From contig OZ316891.1 of assembly GCA_973895155.1 (NCBI GenBank), forward strand, positions 29,616,231 through 29,680,230: a DNA stretch of 64,000 nucleotides. The letters run 5' to 3'. This document shows, one piece after another, positions 1-13,653 of the stretch. The notes under the pieces were generated by a model. That model was not told the DNA's origin. It saw nothing but the letters and a program-made list of their open reading frames with translations, and made no database searches. The translations under genes were made by a program, and so were the position numbers. Origin of the DNA: Marsupella aquatica (Eukaryota > Plantae > Marchantiophyta). Within the stretch, counting starts at the first letter, position 1. Each line of letters begins with the position of its first letter.

Positions 1-100
1 GGGGATTCTAATTCGGAAAGGTTTATTTAAACAAAAGCTTGTGACCTCGCCTAATACTTGGTACTAACTGGTGTCGTGAATTTTGACTGGTCTTAAACAG

Positions 101-878
101 CACAAGTGCTACATAGTGGCGACATGCGATCGGGACTTGAAAAGGCGAATTCGCAAGGTATGTATTAGCTCTATGAGGTTATTCACGGTTTGCCTCTTGC
201 AGCTTTTGTCCGTAATAAGATGAATGTTGCAGAACTGTTTCTCTTACTTTTTAGTTGCTCGTGTAATTAAATAGTATTGATTTAAGTTGATATCTGTTTG
301 CCAAATCACGAAATCTAATGAACTTACATCTCTGGTCAGATACCAGGTGTTCCCATAATGTATATATCTCAACACAGATATTCGATTGAAAGATTACCGG
401 AAGCAACTCTGGGTGGTGGTAAGAACTGCATCACTTTATCTGGGAATTCCTTCTTATTGTGCTTGTTGCTGTTCACGACGAGTTCTTTGTTCCAATCCTC
501 ATGGGGCAAATTTGGACGAGAACACTGCCGTCGTTCAGCATGATCCGCGATTGAAGAAATTGTTAACAAGGAGCTAATGCTGGGCAAAATAAGTGCCCCA
601 GAGTCTGAATTGGAATGCTGTGTGAAGGTCTTCTTTACTATCTTATACAGCGATTACCGTTGGATGTTAAAAAAACTTGAAAGACTGTTTGTCCACGTGG
701 AAAAACACGTGACTGGCTTTACAAATTAGAAGAGAAGTCTTACTTTCAGTTTGATGTATGTTTGGACATCGCTCGAGCATAATTGTGAGCTTACCGATTT
801 GTAACGTCTGGATTACTGTACCGTATATAGAGATAGTAGTTAATGCCTTTTTCTGTGGTTGCAGCACCAAGAATGTGA
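101..878 (+). CDS. FCF1: rRNA-processing PIN-domain protein FCF1/UTP24, 3' exons only (gene begins before the window)
   Basis: GT-AG exons 101-157 (HKCYIVATCDRDLKRRIRK), 340-418 (IPGVPIMYISQHRYSIERLPEATLGG) and 865-878 (APRM*) join in frame. They match the conserved FCF1 C-terminus. Confidence 0.93.
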
Positions 879-2226
879 TCACCCAGTTGTCGGCACCAAT
901 TCAACTTTTGACACATTGCAACAGAAATCATCCAAGGTTTTTGGCATCAAGTACCCACAATTCATACATAACTGGAAACTTGGTTCCTCATCTCCGTAGA
1001 AGAATTCTTGAAGTAAGGCAGCTCTGGCCTGCACAAGACGACAACAGTGATGGAGTGTATATTTACTGAGTAAAATTGCCTTCGCTTGGTTTCTGCACAA
1101 GACATTGAAGACCAGGATGACAGCATGAATTCCAATTTTGGCTCGTTTCATTCGAGGATCGGAGTCCGCAGTTCACCTGACTTGAGGTTCAGATGCATGC
1201 GCCAGTGGTTAGAAACTTAGTTCCTTATCTCCGCTCGGCTAAGTTTGTGGAGTAAATGAGCTCCGGTGGGACGAGAGCGTAAGAATAGGGGGGAAAATAT
1301 CTGAAATTGGTGCTGCATAGGCCCTTAACGGTTAGTGACAGGATAATTTTCCGGATCACCAGTGGCCCTCGAATTGAAACTCGGCCAGAGGAAATTTCGG
1401 TAAGAATTTTACACAGAGAAGGATGGGAGCATAGTGGGTTTCAAAAATATCAAGAAATAATTGCCTCGCTCTGAGTTGTAGAGAAGGGCGTCTGCAGTCT
1501 TCTACTTCTCCAATTTGTTCGGCTTAAACTGACTCATAATAAAAGTCTGGGTATCGTCTTTATGATGGTTCCCATTCGTGATGGGAGCGTATTGAGGATT
1601 TCAAAAGGGATTGTCTCGCTTCTTTTACTTGATTAACCGCCAACCTTAACTGCTGTACTGCTAGGGTCGCCAGTATCTTCTCGAGACTCTTCTGTCATTC
1701 TGGAAACCGCTTCATCTCTCGCTGTCCCTCGTTTGTAGGTTGTTCTCAAAAGAACACACCTCCATCCGTTGCAGAAGTACTAGTTTGCTAGCCACAGAAA
1801 TAGATAGGTACAAGTTTATGCAATTGGATGGGAGGTCAGTTATCCCAAGGATTTTGCCACAAGCAGCATGATTGAAACACCAAGCATTCATCTTCCTCTC
1901 TGATATCTGTAGCTCACAGCGATAGTTTGTGTACCAGCGAACGACTGGTTGGGAGTTGAGGTCCCATCTAGGCTCCTCTTTGCTGCTGGTCCCAAGTGGG
2001 CAGGAGCCTTTTGGGACCTCAATTACCAACCGGCTCAAGTAATGACCAGGCGGGCATAAGAGTGGTCTCAATGCTAAGTTTTTATTTCTTGAAGAACCAG
2101 AAGCCTTAGCCATGACCCTTCTCAATCCCCAGGCGGCATATTACTGCTTTCAATGTGAAGCTTCCACTTCTTGATCAACCTTAGCCGTGACCCATCAGTA
2201 TTCAACACAAGGAACATTCACGTCTC

Positions 2227-2322
2227 CCAGCAACACTAGTGAACACCAAGGAACTAACAAGAGGCCAAAGACTTTCCAGCAACACTAGTCAACACCAAGG
2301 AACTAACAAGAGGCCAAAGACT
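2227..2322. repeat. Tandem duplication, 49-bp unit x2
   Basis: ccagcaacactagt(g/c)aacaccaaggaactaacaagaggccaaagact starts at 2227 and 2276. Confidence 0.9.
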
Positions 2323-2385
2323 CTTTTTGCCTGTGTGTATGAGGGACACTTGTAAGAAAATAATGCACCATGCACCCGGCCAGTG

Positions 2386-2643
2386 AGCCATGAAACCCCC
2401 ATAGACCTTGACACCTTTTACACCTTCACTCATTGCACACCCTTCTCAGCAGCAATGTTTACTTTCAATGTCTCCCTTGATATTCAAACAAATTGTGTCT
2501 TCTTGGGCTTGTTAGCCATGGAACCCCCATAGACCTTGACAGCGTTTACACCTTCACTCATTGCACACCCTTCTCAGCAGCAACGTTTACTTTCAATGTC
2601 TCCCTTGATATTCAAACAAATTGTTTCTTCTTGGGTTTGTTAG
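2386..2643. repeat. Tandem duplication, ~128-bp unit x2
   Basis: agccatg(a/g)aacccccatagaccttgaca...ttcttggg(c/t)ttgttag starts at 2386 and 2514. Confidence 0.9.
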
Positions 2644-3267
2644 AAGCCCTTGGAAAGATCTTTCCAACCAATCTAATATATCTAGTTCTCACGAAGAGTT
2701 GAGCTACTTATAAATTTCTAAATATCACTCCCTCAGTTAGTGTCCCTCACTTTATGTTCGGAAATTATTTAAGCAGCTAACTTTGACACTCAGAATCTCT
2801 CGAAAGCCAATACAATCTGATTTTTGGGGTTTCTTAATAAATTCTTGAAAAGATCTTTCCAATGCACCTAACAACATCAAACTTCATGCAAAACTCAGAG
2901 ACCTACAGGGTTCCAAACTTGATTATCAGTGTAAAATTCCATTGTGAATTGAGAGACCGGTGAATGCTGAATTTCCAAAAGATGAGTGAAATGTGAGAAA
3001 GTCTGGATTAGTGCAAAAATACATGCCTGGTGTTTGCAAAATAACAAGATGACAACAAGGACGAGAATCACACAAAATGCAAAACACTATGTACGCAAGA
3101 GACGACAACAATCTCATGCAAACAAAGCACCTTTTGGGATGTATTATTAGTTGAGCCAAACTCACCCACTGGCCATGCAAGATTCCAAGCACACATTACA
3201 ACACTTTGCAAAAGTTTTTTGCATTTGACATGTGCCTTATGGCCTGTTTTTCTCTATAACCCGTTGG

Positions 3268-3505
3268 TTTTTTTTTTGGGGGGGGGGGTTAATTTCAGAT
3301 CATATAGTATGCACTTAATGATTTACAGAAAAACAGAAAATAATGAGGTTTACCATGGTATGGAGTGATGTAGTACATACTATATGTCATATTGGGGGGG
3401 GGGGGGAGACACGAGAAATTCATCGGGCATTCTGTTAATTAAAATATGCGCTATGAGTAAGAGAGTGCCCGATGAATTTCTAATAAACCCCCACCCAAAA
3501 AAAAA
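3268..3505. mobile_element. Putative small foldback/MITE-like element with internal hairpin
   Basis: A T-run/G-run at the left end is mirrored by a C-run/A-run at the right end. A 20-bp inverted repeat spans 3414-3481. An internal segment recurs at ~63945. Confidence 0.45.
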
Positions 3506-4307
3506 GTTGGGCTAGCGCCAAACCATGGATAAGTGCAGGCCAGGGCATTCGTCCCCAAGAGTTGCACTTGTACACGGTGGTTCATCGTACTAACTTCGTA
3601 TAGTCAGATTGCGAAATAATAGTCACCAACCACGTACAGTCGGATTGCGAAAATAACTTTGTAGAGTCAGATTGAACGTAACCAATTCACGAATTGTGAA
3701 CTTTATCGCTGGATGGATTGGATGACGTCTTCTTGTCTCCTGCATGTGCCAAGAGAGATGTGGTGACGTATCCTTCTTCAACCTTCTACTGTGACAAGAT
3801 TTGAGTAATCATTTTCACTACTGCAGCCTTTTAAAAGCTCAGGCTGCTGCATTCTTTCTTCACCGCAGCTAGTGGTCTTTCATTCTCCGTAAATTCTCAT
3901 TTCTCGTCCACAGAATTCCATTACACAGATCTTCATAACCTGGCACCCAAAAGGTGAAAAGGGAGTACTCAACCTGGGTCCTCAATTTGATATACCAGAA
4001 AGTGTTCGAGGCTTTACCGATTTTCAATCTTCACTGTTCGAGCAAACTGGGTCTTCAATTGGATACCAGGAAGCAAACATTCGAGGCTAATCGGCTTTCA
4101 GTCCCCACCCTTCAAGGCAGCTCTGAACGCCCAGGAATCGCTCCTCACCAGCTGCCTCTGCCCAGCAAGGAGTTGGGTTTCCGAAAGGGAGGCCGTGAAT
4201 CTGAAGTGGGGCATCCACAAAGAGAAGCGAGAATCGAGTCCAGAGAGAGGAGTGCTGAAGCTGGGTTCGAAGTCATTGATTGTCACTGGTGCTAAGGAGG
4301 AAATGCA

Positions 4308-7300
4308 ATGACGACTGTCAATTGTGGATCTCTTTTGAGTTCTGTCGCACAAGCGACAGCTATTGCAGTGGTTGGCGGTCATTCGGTTGCTGAGCGTCTG
4401 AAGGTGCCGCAGCTCCAGAACAAATCTGCCGTCTCGAGGATACTAAATCGGCGAGGGCTCAGCTCTCTGAGCAGTTCCGGCCTCAAGGCTGGAAATTCGT
4501 CTCCCAAAGTAAGAACTCTTATTGGAATTAAATTGAAAGGTATACGAACGTCATCTCTGAGACGCTAGTCTGGGTTTGAAGGGTGTTGATGGGAATATTC
4601 ACAATAGGGGTTCATTTCTTTGGGTTGTTGGCATTCTTGTTCAGACAGATGAGGGACTCAACAACTACTGCAAGGTCTCTCCAGGACGGCTAGGCTTTGC
4701 TCGAGCAACAGCTGTCAATGAAAGCGTCATTGCCCCGAGTGCACCTACCACCCCAGCTCCGCCTGAGCAGGTTTGTCTGTTTATCCCCCAAGTGCTGATA
4801 TTGTTCAGTTTTTCTCCTTCCAGGGAAAATTGATAGGGACATCCTGATCACTTTCTTTAATCAATCTCTTCATAGTTCTTCTTTGGCTTCACCGTTGGAT
4901 CCTCGCCAGCTAGCAGTTTTGGGGGTTCATTGACAATCCTATGGTCTCGGGGAAAATCCGTCAAGCATATCGTTTCTTGGCCAATTCATCCTTCCAAAGG
5001 AAATTCTTCAGGTGGACTAGGAATATAAGCAAGGACCTCGATGAGTACGTCTTCTTTGCTGGCACTCTGCCGTACTAGACCTCGAAGCTCATGGAAGGGA
5101 ATTTCAAATTCCACCCACCAGAATTATCGGACGATGTGCAGATTTGAGTCGACTATCAGTGTCCCTGGAAACATTTTACAAAAAAGATGAATCCAGCGTC
5201 TATCTCCTTCTTGCACCATCTTCAGTAACCTGCTGAAATCACTGTTCGTGATTACACTTACTGTTATTTCGGAAGGCTTGAACTTGCAACTCTTGTTGCA
5301 TGGTTTGAGCTGCATGATCAATATTGAAAGGAAACATGGCTGAGTAACCCAACCGGAGCACCGTAGAAGGTTCATAGAATCTATAAACCTGAGTGTTCAC
5401 TCCGGCTGCAACTTACGTCCATGAATTACCGCCATTCAAACTTCAGGTAGCCCTGGATAGACTATATAGAGGATCATAGGGTATCTCAGAAAGGCTAACG
5501 GCTTACCACTTCTCCATCCAACACAACGGATATGTCAGTACTGGCATCTAGAAGAAGTAGATCATGAACGTCATTTCTGGTCACTTGTGAGACACGTGGA
5601 CCTTGAAATTAGTCACTCACACGCTTGTAGTTTGAAGTGACAACCCAGGAAATTAGGAAGCAAAACTAGTGCACCTTCTCGCAATTGCCTCAACAAACGT
5701 TTGACAGACAGAAGAATGCAAACAATTGAGAAAATGTAGAATGTGTATCTGAAGGGGTTCGTGAATGGCAGGAGACGGACATCAGAGTGTCTAAAATTGC
5801 AGAGGATGTTATCACCTTTCGAGGCCAGTGTAACAGCAGATTGAAGTTTGAGGTATGGGTCTCTGATCATCGATTTCTGCCTTGTATCGTGTGATACTAA
5901 TATAGAAAATAAGCCAACTTCTGAGCAAATGTCCTTAATTTTCTGCCTAGACAACTGGTCTTGTCTGATTTGCCCAAGAAGTTCACATGGAAACTGTGTT
6001 CATGCAGATTGAATATGGCATGAACCACGGCTCCACAGAAAATTCCTATCTGATAAAGACTGAAGAGGGTTATGTACTAATTGACTTACCCGATCAAGCA
6101 TTTTCTAAAGCTTTTTCAGCAGTACTGGCCGACACTATTGACTTGAAGAGTCTCAAGTACCTGATTCTCGGACATCTGAGTCCCAAGCGGATTGAAAGTT
6201 TGAGTGTTTTGTTGCAGGCTCTCCCAGACCAAGGTTGGTTCTTACAAGTCATTCATGATAATTTTGAGCATTTTGTTGACTTTCATGAACATGTTGCACC
6301 TTCCATAGACCCTTAAGTTCTCACCGTCACGAAAGCAGCTATGAGAGCTCTTCTCTCTTCAACAGTCTGATCTGAACAATTACGGATGTCTCCTGATCAG
6401 ACACCTTAGAAATTCCAACTCTCGTCCTCAGTGTCTCGACAGTCCCTCAGTGCCCGACTTAAAAGCCCACGAAGTACCCCAATTGCAGACTTCGCGGACC
6501 ACTCTATATTGGAATCTTGTCCCCAAGCAGTTCTCGCAAGAAGAAAACGAACATTTACAAGACATGAACTTCACATCCAGTCCCTAGGAAATCGTGACAG
6601 CTTGGTAGCTTCAGATCTGTGATAAGTTGGCTTTGTCCTCTGTCATTCATAGTCTTTAGATCTGTTGGAGATGTGCCTTTCATATCCTAAAGGTGGATGT
6701 AACTTTTATCAGCCCTTAAATCAATCAGTGGAGGGCAGGGTGCCAAACTAGATACGAGACGCCTAAAATGGAAGTACTACTTTGGTCCAAATCATGGAAT
6801 TTATACACAATGCTATGCTTAAAATTCCTGAGTGCATGAATTTTCATACACTATATCAAGTTAACACGTGTATGCTACTGACTTAAGTGTATGACTTTGT
6901 GTTTTGTCGTGATGGATCAGCTTCCGAACTTCAAATATTTTGCTCCAATCCTGCAGCACAACTCTTGAGCAAGTCCTTCTCAGAGAGTCCCCCGCCAAAA
7001 CCCTATTCAGTTAAAACTGTCCGCGCAGGAGACAGACTCGACCTTGGAAGAGGTACCGTGAGTCTGAAGATTAGTCCCACTCATCATCGCACTAAAAGAC
7101 TGCACAAGTGGACTTTGCTTCACATTCTGCAGGATGTTGAAGGCGCTGGATATATTGCTATCAGTTCACCTCCTCGGATTTGGGGTTCCATTTTGAATTC
7201 TGTAATGGAGGAATAGTTGTGAATTTTCAGTGTGGTTGTGGATAAATCATGAGCCATTTTCACTTCAATTTAGCACCTTACGAGACTCAGATCCGGAGTG

Positions 7301-10300
7301 AGTTTAGTAAAGGGTTATTAAAACCAAATATATTGCTCTGCAGGACATGACCTACGTTTTTTCTTGACTCCAACGCCTCGATGGCCAGATGCGATGTGCA
7401 CTTATGATTCTGGGACACAGTTGCTTTTCAGTCAAAAGATTTTCAGGTTGAACTTACTTCTTTGTTATCAACCTAAGCACGAAAGATTGTGTAATTTGTA
7501 ATTTGTGAGCAAACCGTCTGTGTCTTTCATCAACCAGTTTCGATGACATTTTGGATGAAAAGTCGTGTCCGATTGTTTTAGAATTTATTTGAAGATTGTA
7601 TATTACATATGAATTGTAGCCATGATAATTTTTATGTACTATTTTGTGGAATTATGCTCTAGATAACGTTTTTTGCAGAAGATTGAAATCGTTTCTCGAG
7701 GTGACGAGCGTCCAAGCATAGTGAAAAGGAGTAGATTTTCTGCTGTCCTGAGGCGTTCATAGGAATTACGTGAACACATAACAGAAGAACGTTAATTCAC
7801 GAACTGATTTTGTCTGTGTATGCCAGCGCACATGCAAGCGGGTCCAGTGATTTTGATGCTGGAGGTTGGGATTTATATGGTGAAGACTGGCGTTATTATT
7901 ATGATTGCATGCTTGCACCCACACCAATACAGGTGACTGTCAATCATTGCCAATTGTTTGACTTCTATGGAATTACAACGGACAGATAGTTGTCTTTCAA
8001 AATAGCCACCCGATCTGTCTTCTTTACGTTCTCGTACTACTCTTCAAGACAGTTTCTCATGAGACATGGGTGATCCTATGGACAGATCAAGGCTGCTTTG
8101 GACAAGCTTCAAGTTGTTCAACAGTACGCAAAACCCAACTATGGCGGAAAGACAGGTTTTGAAGTTTTGAAGGTCAGTGGCCATTTAGCTCGGCATCCAC
8201 GGGGTGCATGGTCTGCAGAAACCAATTGGGCTGAGGCAACGTGGTGGAAAATCACTTTGAATATTTGAATTTTGTCCCATCACCTTGCGGTACAATGTGA
8301 GACATTGTAAACTTGTGATGGCTTTTGCTGTCCTAACATGACTTCTTACATGATGTACTTATTGTAGACGCCTAACCAATTTCCTATTCTTTGTTTTCTA
8401 TTTCTGAAGGCAGATATGATGTACATTGCGTCAAGTGTGCTGGGTGCCTTGAATTTACCAGTCGGTAAGGCTCCACTGCTGAAGAATTTTGGAACAGAAG
8501 AAGGAGTTGTGGTGACAGCTGCTATCTGTCCCCTTCACGGGCCCATTGTGCGGACTTCACTGACTGAGCTCGTCCGTGAATATAGTGAGGTAAGCCTCCT
8601 CACCCTTTTATGATCTCTGGTTGGAGCTAACTTTATTTCAGACACATGCTGTATTCGTGTGGTGTATTATACCTCGTTTACGCCGCTTGGATCCTACTTG
8701 CTATTTGATGTTTCCAACTGCCTGTGATGGCAGTAGTCACTGTGATTACGTGTGACCCCCAAAAAGACCATCTCAATCCTTTTTCAGAGAACTTTCGTGT
8801 TGGCATTTGAGCTTCAGCCTGTATATATCATGTACAAAACTTCCAGTACCAAACGGTTTTGTACCAGCAATATTCCAGAAGAATGGCCTTTTCTGTGGGC
8901 TCTTATTGGGAAGAAGTCCAGAATTCAATGTGGCTAAGTTAATGATATTTGCATTCTTGTATATGCTGCAGTGGACGCGAGACAAACTAAAGCAGTTATC
9001 AGATTATACTGTTGCTGTGATTTATGCTTCAGCTTATGGAATGACTGCAACCTTGGCCCAGGCCATCAGGTATGATATTCTGGTTCAAATCACGTACCCC
9101 GTTGTCACTTTGTAGTTCCGTTACCGCGCATCCATGAGGATATGGATCGCAAGACTTTTTTTTCTTGTTTTTCACTTAATGGAGTCTTTATCATCCTCTA
9201 AATGTTGCAGAGCAGTTGTAGTCCATGTCAGCGAAATAGCTAACACAAAATGAATCATTGGGTCCATTTGAAAGTCGAGGGATAAGCAAGGCTGGTGTTG
9301 GAGTTGAGATGATCAATGTGGAGATCAGTTCAACCGAGGAGTTTACCGCCTTACTTCAACGTTGTAATGCGTTTGTGATTGGAAGCCCAACATTGGCAGG
9401 GCATCTGCCCACTCCAGTGCAGGTGATTGTCTAATTCCGTTTGTTGACTGGATGCCACCACGAACTTCAAGCTCCATGATCAACCTGATGTGTCAGAACC
9501 ATCTACATAATTGTCAGTGTATGCTCGTTGGGTAGGCATTGTTTTTCGACTTCTGGGGCATTATTGTTTTCAGTTTTGTCTGTCCATAGAACTCGGCATC
9601 TCTTTGAAACCGTGTTGAAGTATGCTAACCGACCCAGTTTAGAAAGAAGCAATTCTGACCTACATAGCTTTGATTTGTACAGAATGCTTTGGGAGTGATT
9701 TTGAATGATGACAATGCCAAATCCAAGCCATGTGGGGTGTTTGGTTCTTATGGATGGAGTGGGGAAGCCATCGATATTCTTGAAACTCGCCTGAAAGATT
9801 GTGGCTTCTCCTTAGCTTTTCCAAGCATACGTAGCAAATTTCGGGTAAGCACATATTCTTAGTCGTGTAATTGACTGCTCACTAGAAAAGCCAACATAGG
9901 TACTGATTTATATTTTATTCTCCATTAATTTCTTTGATTTGATAGTTTCATTTGACGCCACTGTTGCGAAACACTGGCCTGCAGCCCACTGAAGCAACGC
10001 TTCAAATCTGCGAAGAAAGCGGGACAGATTTAGCTCAAGCAGTGAAGCGGGCAAAGATAAAGCAACGTTCAGAGTCTGCTCCTAAATTCACAGTGGCCAC
10101 CAGTGCAGAACAGGTATGGCTTTTCTCCAAAATTCTTTTGCTCTCAAGCTTTCTGTTTCCCTCACAATGGCCGTCAGTGATGACTTGTTGGCACGTTTGT
10201 GTATCCCAGACAACCATGCATGTTATGACTCTTGAGAAGCCACGAAGTCACGAATCCATTTTTATTGTTGGTTTGTAAATCTACAAACAATACTGAATCT

Positions 10301-12066
10301 TTAAAATTGGTTGTGCCAACCAGATGCCTCCCTTGTTAACAAGTCTTTATTTTTTCAGGAAGAATTCTTGGTCATCTGAAAAGTAACAGGGTCTAGATGA
10401 AAACTCCATGCCTGTTTTGAGGTAGTATGCTGTAATCAGGTGCCTGTCAGCTTACGAACTCATTGTGGCAGTCGATTTAAAGAATGTTCTAACCTTTGGG
10501 TTTGGCTCTCTTAACATTACCTTCTTGCAACCAGGCTGCGGGGAGAGTGGTGGGTTCCTTGTGCGTCTTGTCAGCAAAAAGTGGGGATGCAGAAAGCGCC
10601 ATGCTAGCGTCATGGGTGAGCCAAGCAAGTTTTGTTCCTCCTGGACTCACTGTTGCGGTACGTCTCAATAAAATCTTTCCGCTTATGGGGAAATTAGCTT
10701 TCTTCAGTAACAAAGATTTTAGCAGGATTTCTGTTCATCGCACGTATCCTAATGAAAGGCTCCGTTTGTGACAATATTTACGTTGTAAAATATGCGGCTA
10801 GTTACGGTTCTTTGGGCTTGAGGGACGCGTTTTTTGGAGTCCTTTAAAGGGACACTTATGAATTGCAGGAGGCGCAGTTGCGAGGTAAGATATTTAGAAT
10901 TAATATTTCTCTCGCGCTCTTGTTATATGGTAACAAAGGGTCCCAGATAGTGTCTCGGGATTCATGCAGAATCTGATTCTTTCAGGTTGCAAAGGAAAGA
11001 GCGGTGGAAGGGCTAGTTCTTCCGGGGCGAAAGTTCGTACTCAATGTGCTTGGTCAAAATAAGACTGGTCCCATTGTGAAACAGCTTTTGAAGCCTTTCA
11101 AGCCTGGAGAAACACGTTTTGAAGGGCTTGAAATCACTACAGCAGACAACGGAGGCGTTATCCTCAAGGATGCGGTAAGCACCTTTGATTCCTTGGGTAT
11201 TTCCTATGTGGGTTCAAGTGTGGTCTACAAATTTTATGAAGCGCTTTAGTGCGTCCCTGTCTGACAACCCCCCTCGCAAGCTTAAGGGATACTTTATCGG
11301 GCTGACATGCCCACGTCCATCTATGGGTATCCACAAATTGTAAAAAAATTGTGCCTGGTTTCCTTCTTTCGATTTCCAGAGCGGCTCGTGAGTGTCATCT
11401 TAACTAGATGTTATCGAAACGGTGCATGTAACTGAACCTGTACCTGCAACTGAAAGTGCACTGCAAGCATCTATGCTTGGCTTATATATTCCCTCGCTTT
11501 GGCCCTTTTCCTCCTTCGTACAGTGTAGACATTCTCCCTACCGAATCTGCTGGACTAAAAAATGGATCCTTCATTCCCACGAGGCAACAGGCACCAAGTG
11601 GAAGACAGTATTCTGCCTGTCGCTGATTTTTGAGGAAGTAGCGATCGGGACGATCTTAGGAACACCAACACGTAATTTTCTCATGTGTGACAGATAGCAT
11701 GGATGGAGTGTACTGTGCAAAGCCGTTTGGAGACTGGCGACCACTGGGTACTCTATGCCACAGTTGAATCTGGGGCTCTTCAGGTATCTCCTTGTCTTAG
11801 TATCGAAGCCTCTTGCCCTGTCTAGAATGCACTTTTACACATCCATCTATGAAACGGTAGAAAATGCCGCAGTGTGGGTGCCTTGCTGAGAGCAGACCTT
11901 GCTGTAGGTCAGACGAATATATGTCTCTCTTGTTATTAGCACTTGTCCTCAGTAATGCTTGCTAAGTAACTGGGATCGCTGCTGAAAACTGCCTTTTCGT
12001 TTGGCCTTGTAGGATGATAAAGCTGTCACTGCCATTCATTATCGGAAAACAGGAGTCCAGTATTAA
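4308..12066 (+). CDS. FLVA: Chloroplast flavodiiron protein, FLVA/Flv1-type (beta-lactamase-like, flavodoxin and flavin reductase domains)
   Basis: About 17 GT-AG exons. These include 4308-4508 (Ser/Arg-rich transit-like), 4645-4770, 5772-5852 (RGQCNSRLKFE), 6008-6233 (IEYGMNHGSTENSYLI...GHLSPKR) and last exon 12013-12066 (AIHYRKTGVQY*). Internal motifs include TPTPRWPD, CPLHGPIVR, YASAYGMTATLAQAI, GSPTLAGHLPTP, GVFGSYGWSGEAID, MLASWVSQASFVPPGLTVAV and GDHWVLYA. HLSPKR replaces the canonical HxExDH, as in Flv1/FLVA-type proteins. Confidence 0.92.
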
Positions 12067-12387
12067 GCGGACAAGGAAACGAAGAAAGTGCTGTACCTTA
12101 AGGACACCGTCAAGACTTGCATTTCGTCGACATACTACTTTTGGCTAACTTCTGATAGACTTTTGATGTCAACAGATAAGAATTGCGTAGTCAAAACGTT
12201 GACTGTTGAAGTATTCGTTACTCCCTACCCGTGTAAGATTGCAGCTAAGACAACCTTTCCAATCAGGATGAATGTAGATAATGATCTCTTGTACCCAGAT
12301 GAGGGTAACATCCGGTTTAATCCATGTAACCAACGTCCTGTGATAGGATGATATATAGTCGTCTTCATGGAGAATTCGTATGAATGG

Positions 12388-12595
12388 AATTTGATGACGC
12401 AAGAATCCTTCAGGGAAACTCTTTCTATGTTGAAATTGGCTAAATGGAATTTCGTTTTAGTTAATTTGATGACGGGCTAAATGGAGAATTCGTTTTGAGT
12501 TCAATTTGATGACGCGAGAATACTTCAGGGAAACTCTTTCTAAGTTGAAATTGATGACGCGAGAACACTTCCGGAAAACTCTTTCTGAGTTGAAC
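12388..12595. repeat. Degenerate ~40-45-bp repeats downstream of FLVA
   Basis: aat(t)tgatgacgc(a/g)agaa..cttc.gg.aaactctttct..gttgaa occurs three times, with partial units between. Confidence 0.75.
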
Positions 12596-13653
12596 AACCG
12601 AGTGTAACGAGGAGCTGAAGATCCTACAAACTTGATGCCACAGCCGATAGAACGTGTAAATGAATTTGAACACTCAGCCATAGGGTCAACAAGTTACACA
12701 GGTTGACTAAACAGACATTGACAACCCGACATTGACCCCCCGGACATTGACCCCCCAAATAGAATGCTACGAACACAATGACCGATCTATTCGAAGATGA
12801 AATAAACACCACCGTAAAAAAGAAATGTTCACTCATTTAAAATGCTATGACGGTTCTGTTGAGATGTCGAGACTTGTTCTTTCTCGAATTCAACTGTTTT
12901 CACAAATGCCAATCCAGACATGTTCGAAACTGTGCACAAGGTTCCCTGTGAACCATGGTAGTGTCGTGGTCTGTAAACCATGGTAGAGTCGAGATTCAAA
13001 AGCAGAGAAAAGTAGAGACGATCTTAGGCTTTCGAAAGAAGTGCATTGAAGGAAACTCAGGAGGTTCCACCCAGGACGTCGTATTCGACTGACAAATACC
13101 CAGTGATCTAGGGTGGTTTCACTCTTCGAAATTGTAGACCTTTTGACAACTAAGCCTACACAGAATGTCAACATCTAACTTCGAGCCTGAGGAAGGAAGG
13201 ACGAGATCGGAAGGCACTGTGACAGGTCCGACAACGCATGAGTTGACTTTGTCCAATCTCTAAAGCTTGGAAACCCGGGTCCCAAGGACAGTGCTGTAAC
13301 CTCACAGAGGAGCTCCTTCCGTTTCGGCTTATGCCCCGAAGACCTTTTAGTTACCCCTGTTGTTGAGAGTTCATCCCGAAGTTCTGACGATAAGGGACAT
13401 GATTCGAAAAGACCAAGGTGAGAGACTGGATGACCACTTCAAATGCACATATCAATGTCGCAATCACAAGGGAGAAATCCGGCTGGAAATTACAAGTGTC
13501 GGTACAGGGGCCGAGTGTCCCCAATGTTGACACTAGAATTACGATCTCGTTTTCAGAGGTATTCCAAAATTGACGGTATATTTGTAACATCTCATCACTA
13601 CTCTCAGTACCTCCCCAGAGGTAAAAATCCTCACGGCACCACCAAGAACTAAC

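Noticed and set aside
1712-2125. 137-aa ORF on -
   Set aside because: It has a TTG start, no recognisable motif and no splice context, and lies among intergenic repeats.
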